Positions 13,382 through 23,619 of a stretch of DNA of 64,000 bases are shown here, piece after piece. Both the position numbers and the translations under genes were made by a program. The stretch's first letter is position 1. Each line of letters starts with the position of its first letter. Source of the DNA: Azolla caroliniana (Eukaryota > Plantae > Polypodiophyta); assembly GCA_043228905.1 (NCBI GenBank), contig JBHGNT010000015.1, positions 15,748,001 through 15,812,000 of the forward strand, in the 5' to 3' direction. The notes under the pieces are model-generated. The model saw nothing but the letters and a program-made list of their open reading frames with translations, had not been told where the DNA came from and did not search any database.

Positions 13382-16300
13382 ATGGGTCCTCTTGAAGCCA
13401 CACAGATTCTCTCCGAAGTAGGATACTCTGTTTTCCTGTTCAAAGATGGAAACAGAGCTCTACTTAACTCGAAGCAGAAGAATAAGAAGAAGAAGAAGAC
13501 AACAGGACGCATTACATGTATTCAGTGTTCTGTGTTGCCCTCAAAGAAATCTTTCCTTTTGGGGTTGTCAGAAGTCGGGCTGAAGAATTCATCTCTGAAT
13601 AATAACGTAGACTCATCAAGACCAAATTTCATCCCTTCCACAAGAAACTGGACAGGGGATAAGAACCTCTCCCTCTCTGATGTAGATAATCTGTTCCGAA
13701 GTCGTGACAAGGATTCTATTGGCTTCAACAATGATCGGCCAAGGGTGGGTAAATAACTTACATTCTTAGCTGAGATGTTTGCCAGACACAATCCACAATC
13801 CACAATCCACAAACCACAAACCACAAACCACAAACCACAATCCACAATCCACAATCCACAACCCACAACCCACAACCCACAATCCACAATCCACAATACA
13901 CAATACACAATACACAATACACAATACACAATACACAATACACAATGCACAATGCACAATACACTATACATAATATGCAATGTTGCTAACTATTGCACTC
14001 TCTCTTGATCCTCTGAATGGTAGGAAGACCACGGCTTTACAAGAAACTTCCCGCCCTCGATTGAGGATTTGGATGATAATCTACGTAGATTGTGGCCGGA
14101 GAAATTTGATTGTGGTGAGAAAGAATGTGTAGAAGGCTCTCCGTGGGATTGGCGGGAACCGTTGGATAGAGGTGAGAACCAATATATTGAAGGGTCTATA
14201 CCACATTGGCAAGAAACATTTAATAGAGGTGAGAAAGAATATATTGAAGGGTCTACATTGCATTGGCGGGAACTATTCAGCAGAGATGAAAAAGAATGCT
14301 TTGAAGGGTCTACAACACATTGGTGGGAACAATTTGATCAGGGTGAGAGAGAATGCATTGAACAGTCTACTCCGAATAATTGGAAACAATCTGATGGTGG
14401 TGAAAGAGAACATATTCAAGTATCTACTTCTGATTACTGGAAACAAATCAGTAAAGGTGAGAAGAAAGAATGTAATAAAGAATCTGTGTCTTATTATGGA
14501 CAGCAGATGGATAGAGATGAGAAGAAAGAATGTATTGAAGCATCTACATTGCAATACCAGGAACAAACTGATAGAAGTGAGAAAAAAACATGCAATGAAA
14601 CATGTACGTTGCATTACCAGGAACAAATCGGTAAAGCTGAGAAGGAAGAATGTATTGAAAAATCTAAATCTCATGGTTCTAGCGTATCTGAATTTCCATC
14701 ATTCGTGAGTCCTAAATCATTACATGGTTTCTCCCCTCAGTGCAACAGTGAAACCAAGTCAAAAACAATTTCTTCACATCTCCAAGATGCTGGGACAATT
14801 CTTGAAAGTGAAGAGTTGGGCAAATTCTTCCTAGATAAAGATGATGGCATAACTGTTACACAAGTTCTGGGTAAAGAATGGGTTCAAAGTTCCAACTTTT
14901 TTGAAAAACTGGGTCCTGATCCTTCCAGAAAATTAACTTTCAATTTGTGCAAGTTCAGAGTTTCGATACCAAAAGAGATGATGAAGTCAATGCCACCTCT
15001 TCCATCCAATGATCTTTTTCCAGTGCCTGATACCACACCATATTTCCACATTACAGCTCAAATGGTTGAACTACACAATGTAGAGCATGTGAATTTATGC
15101 ATAGATTGGCTTCTTCAAGGTAACCCAAGTATCGTTTCTCTGGTATGCAAACATGCTGGTGGTTTTCTTCAACTTATTCAGCTTTCAGTGCATGATCGAT
15201 GTGTGCTTATCAAAGTGTCTCTACCCATGGCCCCCTTTGCACCTGTGGTTCCTTTGAAACTTAGAGATTTGCTCTCAGATAGAGAGACTATGAAAGTTGG
15301 AGCAAACATACAAAAGGATGCTCTTTCCATATACTATTTCCTGGGAGCAACAAGCAACGGGTGTGCTCGTATTTCTCAGTTTGTTGGCACGAAAAAGCGG
15401 AAATCTGTTCTGCATCTATGCAGGTGAGGATTCAGAGTTTAAATTCCTTTTTCACCTTTTTATATGAATTGATGAACGTGGTTTGTGTGATGCCTATGGA
15501 ATTGGTACTGGCAGGGAGTTGTTTCACTGGGATTGGAGCGAGAATAAGAAAGTTATTTACAGTGATTGGGGATCAAAGGTCATCTCACTGGAACAGGTTA
15601 TCTTTCAGCATTTTTAATTTGTATGAACTGTAGCCCTTGGACGTGAGGAACGCTTCACCTTGCCAAGTCTCTGACTGCACTTCATTAGACGACAATGTCT
15701 ACATATATGTCTAACACAATGTAGCTTTTGTTTTAGATGCTCAAGCCTTAAATAGAGCAAATAACAAGGAAACCATGTGACCTAAGGCAGTTTTAATGCC
15801 CAAACATGATGCACATATGAATGCTTTATGTTTATAGGGAATGATGCTTATGTATTTTAGAGTTGGGCAGTAAACAGGAGCCTTGTAGGTGTTGTTTATA
15901 TAAGGGAACACTGAAACAGCCCCAAAGTTTTCCTTTTATCTCCTGATTTTTTGTTATTTCTTCAAATCCCCTTGCTCAGCCCCAAAACAATGAAAAAAGG
16001 GATGAATTGACAATATAATTGATAAATATCGACCTTAAAATCACTCACAGAACACTTACAATTTCTCTTTCAAGGGTTGACCAATGGCATTTGATGGGCA
16101 TAGGTTGGAACCATAAAGAAAGGGCAAAACTCAGGAGTATTTGAGAGTTTCTCCCTAATAGATATTATGATAGACGGAAGCATATGCATCCTTGTTGTGT
16201 ATTGTTTCTGGAAGACGCTGCTTGCAAAGTTCATGTTTTAAAGGGATACAAATGACACTGAAATTTACCTTGTAGGTGAAGCATGCAGTTCTAGAGGCTT

Positions 16301-18249
16301 GGACAACGAGATTAGTGTGGGTTGGTCAGTCACAACTTTGGCATGTACAATCGCCAGCTTTTTCGTTGGTAGAGTTTCCGTGGATACTATTAGATTACTT
16401 TGGAAGGTCTGTCTTTTCTTTTGAATTGCAAACCCGGAATGATGAAGTCATGTCAGTTGAGGTATGAAAAGAAATCTCTTCTTGTCAATAGGACTTTAGA
16501 AAACTTGAATGATTGACATTTATTTTGATACAGGTGAAGGGGGCAACAGTGGAGCTCCATGGAGGCCGTCTTAGTCTCAAGCAAAAGAATTTCAGGTCTC
16601 GAGTTATGGGACAGAATGCTTTAGTGGAGCTTCACTTCAGGGATGGTAGAAAACCTCAGAAATATGTCACTGTTTATAGAGAAGGTAGTAGGGTGGTCTT
16701 GGATGATGCTGAGGCACCCTCTGTCATCAAAAGAGTAGAAGATCTACAAGAAGAAATAGGCATGGTGAGCAAGATCCTCGTTGACAAAACCAACAACCAT
16801 GATGTGCAAAAACAAAAGCTCGAGGAATCTCTTTACATGCTATTATGCATACCTGGAGCATGCCCACGACACATTCTAGCGGCATTGGGATGCTTGCAAG
16901 GTAAAAACATGGTAATGCAAAGTAAGAGCTTTGGTCTCGATGCAGCTTGTGTGCAAAGTTGTAAGATGGGCCTTAATCCAGGTCAATCCAATGCATGGCA
17001 GTATATGCTATCGTCGCCCCTCTCTGCAGTTGTGGGACCTCCTGGAACTGGTAAGACCACGGTTATATCGGCAGTCACAAAAGCGTGGCTATGGCTAGCT
17101 ACTTCTGGAGAGACTCTGGTATGTGCTGCTCACCAGAATGTAGCAGTTCGCCACATGGCTGAGACTATGGCAAAAGAGAGGATACCAGGGCTCTTAATGT
17201 TGGTGAGTGCGGATTACTACGAAGGTTGGCATGAAGACGAGTATAGTGCGCAGAAGGAGATTTTAGTAGTTTCAGGATCGGCTCAAACCACTGCAGAATC
17301 TATTGAAAATTGGGTTGCTCGGAATGGTGGGCAGCCCCCGAGGGTGTTGCTTTGTACGCTTGGTTTGATTGGGAATGACTCTTTCCATGCAAGCTTGATG
17401 GGGACTAGGGTCTCAGCCATGATCATTGATGAAGGGTCACAGGCTGGCGAAGGAAGCCTGATACCATCTTTGGGAGCATTACCACATCTTCAAATGCTTA
17501 GTGTTGTCGGAGACCCATGCCAACTCCCTCCTTATGGATGCCGACAGCGCCCCATCCGAAGTGTATTTGATTTGCTAGCCCAGAGCTGCGAGATACATGT
17601 GCTGCAAGAGCAATATAGAATGCCATATCGAATAGCTCAGTTTGTTTCCGCAGAATTCTATGGAGGAACTTTGCACACTGATGCGAAGAAGATGAGGCAA
17701 GACTCAGATATGGCACTTATTTGGGTGGATGTGACGGGTAAAGTAGAAATTGCCACATCTGGGACATCACTAAGCAACCGAGAAGAAGCAGAGGCAATTA
17801 TAGAGTGGTGTCAAGCTCGGAAACGTCATAATGGTGGAAGATCGATGCCACGGGGGAAAGTGGTGGTTCTCACTTTGTATGAAGCCCAACGAAGTCTTAT
17901 AAGTGGAATGCTTGATGAACAAGGAATGGGAGAAGAGATCATTGCATACAACGCCGACTCTTTCCAAGGCCAAGAGGCTGATGTGGTGCTTGTCTCCCTC
18001 GTGGTCGGGGCATGGGTATCGAGTTTCGCTGCAGATAGACGGCGGGCATGTGTCCTTTTGTCCCGAGCCAAGCATGAGTTGCATTTGTTTGGGAACTTGG
18101 AGGCCATTCAGGGCAAATTCAGCACGTTAAAACATAGTACTGAAAATAGTAATATATGGACGACATTGGCCGAATATTGCATGCAGCATGGCTGGGTTGT
18201 CAAGAGATGTAATCTTGAATTGCTTGCTCATTCATTTGGAGACATCTAA
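13382..18249 (+). CDS. Upf1-like superfamily 1B helicase fused to a degenerate DEDDy 3'-5' exonuclease domain and an N-terminal tandem-repeat region, ~1248 aa, 5 exons
   Basis: Exons 13382-13744, 14024-15423, 15515-15596, 16276-16461, 16534-18249 splice in phase. Helicase motifs: LNPGQSNA (Q), GPPGTGKTT (I), AHQNVAV (Ia), IIDEGSQ (II), VGDPCQLPP (III), LQEQYRM, DSFQGQEAD (V), RRACVLLSRAK (VI). Exonuclease-fold motifs: LIQLS...CVLI, PLKLRDLLSD...KVGANIQKD, SDWGSKVISLEQVKHAVLEA. Start codon and exon 1 are less certain. Confidence 0.85.
13787..13965. repeat. Compound heptamer microsatellite (ACAATCC/ACAAACC/ACAACCC/ACAATAC/ACAATGC) in helicase intron 1
   Basis: ~25 consecutive 7-bp units are visible; they explain the low-complexity ORFs 13522-14008. 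Confidence 0.95.
14093..14674 (+). repeat. Coding tandem repeat: six 19-aa plus four 20-aa units (consensus ~W/Y-x-EQ-x-DRGEKECIE-x-ST-x-H)
   Basis: Read directly from ORF 14069..15427; 57-bp and 60-bp DNA periodicity. Confidence 0.9.
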
Positions 18250-18941
18250 TAAAGAGAATTGTGTAATTAATCAATTGTATAAGACAATAAAATAGAATCA
18301 ACCATTAGAGAAAGTGATGTTTACTTGGTTGATACAAATATATAGCACCCTGTACTGATCCTTGTTCTTCTGGCACAAGGGCAAGGGCTGAAGATATTAT
18401 TGAGTAACTTTGGAAAAGGGAATGATTGTGGGAAATACTCAATTCGGATGGGAGCTAAAAAAATGATGCAGATTCCATAGTACATTTGATGCCTATAAGA
18501 TTTGTGAGTATTATTAGTGCTAGCATTGATGATGGGCTTGGTATTTGGTCTCCCATTGGTGTCAATAACATCTCTATCTATCAATCTATCTAGTCAAATA
18601 AATGTCTACTATTGTATTGCAAATTTGGCCTCAACAATTTCCTTTGTAAAGGACTTGATTTTGATGCGGTTCTCACTCTTTCGATGCAGTATCTTTTTCG
18701 CCATTGCCATGACAATTTTGAAATGTGCACCAATTGCTTTGGAGAGGATAAAGTGCTTGATTTTAAATTCTTTTGTTGGCTTGTATGGTGTTGTCTACAA
18801 ACCATTATTTCTTGAAGATAGAAATGTAGATTGTTTTATGTCCATCGTCTTCATATTTTAGTATTGATCTCGGTAGATTGATCATGTCCTTTGAAGTGTG
18901 CTTCTTGTTACACTAATGTTCAAGGAGCACAACATGCCCTT

Positions 18942-19418
18942 TTCTATGATGTTCGAGTATGTAATCCCTTCATTCTAGGTCTTGTGGTTGTCTCTTATAA
19001 TAATAGTTTGGGCTTGTCTACATGGTCACCCAAACAAATGTGAAAGAGCTAAGACATGATTCTATGAAAGAGATATATGACACTATTGTCTTCTCTCAGT
19101 CGTGTGAGTGTGGAGTGTATCTAGACCTCTCCATGGCTTTTTATCTCAAGTAAAGAGTGACCAAACATATATATATATATATTCTATGATGTTCGAGTAT
19201 GTAAGCCCTTCATTCTAGGTCTTGTGGTTGTCTCTTATAATAATAGTTTGGGCTTGTCTACATGGTCACCCAAACAAATGTGAAAGAGCTAAGACATGAT
19301 TCTATGAAAGAGATATATGACACTATTGTCTTCTCTCCGTCGTGTGAGTGCGGAGTGTATCTAGACCTCTCCATGGCTTTTTATCTCAAGTAAAGAGTGA
19401 TCAAACATATATATATAT
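18942..19418. repeat. Recent tandem duplication, 240-bp unit x2
   Basis: TTCTATGATGTTCGAGTATG... at 18942 and 19182; only a few substitutions; each unit ends in (AT)n. Confidence 0.95.
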
Positions 19419-20696
19419 CGCATTTCTAGACTTTGAGTTGTCAAAGGGTAGGTTCTTTGAAGACTCAATCCTTATGAGATATGCATATGCCCTCCATTGA
19501 CAAGGAAAATGCATGTTTTTGCCTATGATATATGCATATGCTCTCGATTGACCATAATAAGTGCATTCTCTCTGAACTTGATTGTCTATCAACCAAACTC
19601 AATGTCATTAAAGCAAGTAAACCAAATATTGCTAAGGGATTTACAATAATTAAGTGCCAAGAAGGCAAGACAACATGATGAGCTATTGAAATCATAGTAG
19701 GAACCATAGTATGTACTATGAACCATGTGTACCATACGTGCATTTGCATTCGAGAATGTTTCAATCACTCGAGTATGGTAAATACCATAATTTTGTATTC
19801 TTTATTTATTATAAGGTAAAAAAATTTTAAGTGAGAAAATTAAGGTAAAAAGTGTAAAAAAAACATAAGAATGTTTTGATAACATACGCATTCGTATGAA
19901 AAAGAATGTTTTCCAATGCATTCGAGTGTATTACGTATTATGGTATGAACCATATGAACCGTTCGCATTCAAAGTATGTTTAGATCATTCAAGTATGGTA
20001 AAGACCCTTGAAGTAAGGGAAATACCATACTTTTGTATTCATTATTTACTATAAGGTAAAACTTTTTTTAAGGTAAAAAAGTGTGAAAAAAAATTTAAAA
20101 CATCCACAAAAAAACATAAGTATGTTTTCTTAACATACACATTCATTTTCAAATATATGAAAACGAATGTTTGAGCAGAAGGATGAGAATATTATGTTCT
20201 ATGATTGAAATAGAGTTTTCAACTTGAAGCAACTCTATTATCTTCATATAAAAAAGACCCAAGTTTCCAAATCCCCAAAACATGAACCAAAAGTCAACGT
20301 TGTTGTCTTAATTCTTGTGGGATCACTTGTAAACATGTTCCTTGCACAAGATCACGTGTTGGTGTTTGATGACTGAGTGGGCCCAAATGCAAAGTGTGCG
20401 TTAAGTGTTGTGCAAGAATATATGTGTTTATGTCACGGTGAACTAGTGTTACATGTATATTCTTATAAACGTGTGTATTCTTTATAGGCAAGTCATCCCA
20501 AAATTTACAGTGTGTATTCCTTATAGGCAAGTCTACTAAATAATCAAATGTTGCATACAATAGATTGTAAACGTCGAGATGCAAGTCATCCCAATTTTTG
20601 TTGTTTTCTTTTCTAGAATCTCATTGAACAATTATATCAAAATTTATGCTTGGCTCTTTGGTGACCGGTGGAAAATCAAATTGGGATAAGCTTCAA

Positions 20697-20890
20697 GATG
20701 AAGTTGTGTAAAGCTAGTGAAGAGTTGCCCTAATCAAACATCAACATTTGGATAACAATTTAAATCAAATATCGCCACTTGGATAACAATTCAAATCAAA
20801 TATGAGCACTTGGATAATAATTCAAATCAAATATTGACACTTGGATGAAGTTATATAAAGCTAGTGGAGAGTTGCCCTAATCAAATATTT
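20697..20890. repeat. Minisatellite: ~31-bp units (CACTTGGATAACAATTCAAATCAAATAT) flanked by a duplicated ~45-bp segment
   Basis: Three to four units at ~20745-20846; GATGAAGTT...AAAGCTAGTG-AGAGTTGCCCTAATCAAA at ~20697 and ~20844. Confidence 0.8.
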
Positions 20891-20934
20891 ATGGTCCTAA
20901 CATCCACAATCAAAGTTGTCAATGATAACACACT

Positions 20935-22718
20935 CCACGTAGATGACATTGTCTTGCTCTCGGAGTAGGAACATGACCTACAAAAGTATCTTAATGCCCT
21001 AGATGACTTTTGTACACAACGAGGATTGGTGGTGAATCTAGCAAAAACTAAAGTCCTTATCTTTCATACATCATCTCGAGTTAAGAGTAAATGTCACCTA
21101 ATCCTCTCTCATAAACTAGTTGAGGTAGTTGGATCATATGTATACTTGGGAGTCACTTTTAGTGCTCGCTCAGGTAAATTCTCGATGACCTAGGCAACCA
21201 AAGATAGGCTAACGAGAGGGTATGCATCCCTCTCACTCTTAGAGAGACAATGCCACCATGCATACTTTCAAGAGCCACAGACTAAGGGATGTCTCTTCGA
21301 CTCATTAGTGACCCCTTCCCTCATGTATGCATCAGTAGTATGGGCTCCAGGTCTACCATCTTTCATGTGGACGCAATTAGAGAGACCTTTGGTGACAATG
21401 TTATCATCTCAACTCCGAAGCAAATCGACATTACTACATGACATTATTAGAGCAAAGTTTAGTTTGCCCCTAATGTTAGTAGAAGCATTTTTTCAAGTGG
21501 TAGTTTTTATTCATCGGATACATAGCCAACAACAAGATAGGATATCCGTCGAACCTTTGAGGCATCCTGAACCCTACATGCGTCTGGAGACACTAGCTCT
21601 TGGTATGACACTATGGTGAGTTGGTTACTTGCAAACGGCATAGACATTAATAACCTACCTCCCCTTAAGTACAACCATGGGACTGATCAAACTCTAATAT
21701 CTCATGAAGACCGTAACAAAGTGATACGCCAAGAAATATGGCAAATTTACACTCGATATAAATGGATCACCCCACGAGAGCCACTCCCATCTAAAATGTT
21801 GTACTATAACGAACACTTCTTGCACTTCTCTAAGTTAGGTTTTATTACATGACCAAGATATCTAGATACATTCTTATCAAATGCACTAAGGGTGGCCATT
21901 GGACAACTTAGGAGATCATCTCACCAACTTGAGATTGAGAATGGTCGGGCTAATAGAGTCCCTAGAGAGGAAAGGCTATGTAGGTTATGCCACATAGAGA
22001 TAGAGGATGAGTATCACTTCACATGCAAGTGCCCAACTTATGCTGAGATACGGGCGGAATACCAAGAGATATTAGGACCCTCTCCCACCCTCTCCAAACT
22101 ATTAGATACCCCGGATGTAAAGAGACTAGGTAGGTATATCTTAGAGCTAAAATAACATAGGGAGAATAAATTACAAAGTGTTAACTATAACCCTTTTACT
22201 ATTCATCATGTAACTAGTGTAATTTTTCAGGAACAAGGGGAGACGATGAATGTGGATATACTTACGTGGCTCAGCCTCTCTCTTAAGGAAGCATAAATGC
22301 AAATGACAACTAAATGCCCTTGGATGTTGGGCTTCAAAACAAGTCAACACGGAGTAGAAAAGATTAAGAAGATAAGGGAATGTGAGCTACATAAAGTAGA
22401 AGCTATGGTTGGGGTACCTTTCACATTGGGACCATGGACCACATCCACATCGAAACCCTTTGACCTCCCGCTTCTCTTTGAGAGACTTGGATGGAAATGA
22501 AAGTATGCCTAGTATAACATCATTTTCATTGTAAAACATGTTTTTTATATAGAACAAGGTTGTTATTTTACTAGAATTATTTAGCTTAAAACTCTATTTT
22601 TATTTTTAATTTTTACTTTTGATGAATGGGTAAATATCCCATTTTTTGTTGTAAACCATTTGTCTCATGGGCCAATTTTGGCCTTAGAAGACGTTAATAT
22701 ATCTTTCTTTCTTTCTTT
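20935..22718 (+). mobile_element. 5'-truncated, decayed RTE-clade LINE (RT C-terminus, Cys/His domain, 3' UTR with TCTT tail)
   Basis: (Y)VDDIVLLS...LNALDDFCTQRGLVVNLAKTKVLIF, YVYLGVTF, then QLRRSSHQLEIENGR...ERLCRLCHIEIEDEYHFTCKCPTY. In-frame stops are present. Ends GGCCTTAGAAGACGTTAATATATCTTTCTTTCTTTC. Confidence 0.85.
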
Positions 22719-23619
22719 CCAATGACCCGAATAAAATATACATTTAGCCCACATTTATTGTGGATGATATCAAATTTGTCCTAATGCACATGCATGTTTA
22801 TTTATTCTAGGGCCCTACCACATGACTCCACGCTCTTTAGTAACCTAACCACGATTAATGACCGATGCCAATGATTTCAAGCCGCACAAGCATGTGCGTT
22901 TATTCCAGTGTTCCACATTAATTCACATGGTCAATGTCAATGATTTATTTCATGGCACAAATGCATGGTCGATTGTTTGAGTTGCCAATATCAAGTGATG
23001 AAACTAGCCATAGATAATAAGAGCCTTGAAAAAGAAAAAACAAACCCCATGAATAATCGATGTACGAGAAGCTTACTGATTGCCCCATGATCTCAGGGCA
23101 GGAATTTGATCAATGGTTTTGCGGCAGATCGATAGGAGTTTCTGGCTCAAAACAAACTGGTCGGGCCGGGCCCAAAGGTACGACCGGCCACAGATCGATG
23201 GTTTTGTGGTCCGTGGTACAATCCATTGGTTCTGTGGCCAAGTCAATACAAGTTTCGGACGCAACGAGGGATTGACGGCATGATTCATGTTTTTCGCGTA
23301 GACATGTCAGCAGAATCCAAAGGAAATGGAATTTCGATGCTTCAGAATTGGGTGGAGTGGCCATAATCCAGCATACAATTGATATATATAATAACCCAAT
23401 TCAATTCTAGGTGGGAGTGTCAGAAATTGGATTTTGGTTTCTGTCTGCTTCTGTCTAAGCTCATGTGTTGACCAAAGATGTAAATATTTATGGCTTCTTG
23501 TTCTTAAACAAAATGCTGTTTCTGTAGTACTCGAAAGGACGATCGAGTATGTGTACGGATCCTGCTTCACCCATGTTTTTGTAGAAGGAAAGGAAAGGAA
23601 AGGAAAGGAAGAACAGGAC

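Noticed and set aside
13522-14008. Cys/Trp-rich and Thr/His/Asn-rich ORFs on both strands
   Set aside because: They are translations of the intronic heptamer microsatellite.
14172-14708. Alternative-frame ORFs (178 aa +, 133 aa -) over the helicase repeats
   Set aside because: Expected shadow ORFs of a 57/60-bp periodic coding repeat.
20697-20890. CRISPR-like appearance of ~31-bp repeats
   Set aside because: Units are contiguous with no unique spacers, there are no cas genes, and the context is eukaryotic; it is a minisatellite.
23186-23239. Small hairpin GGCCACAGA...TCTGTGGCC upstream of ABC1K as a miRNA precursor
   Set aside because: The stem is too short and imperfect for a plant pre-miRNA.
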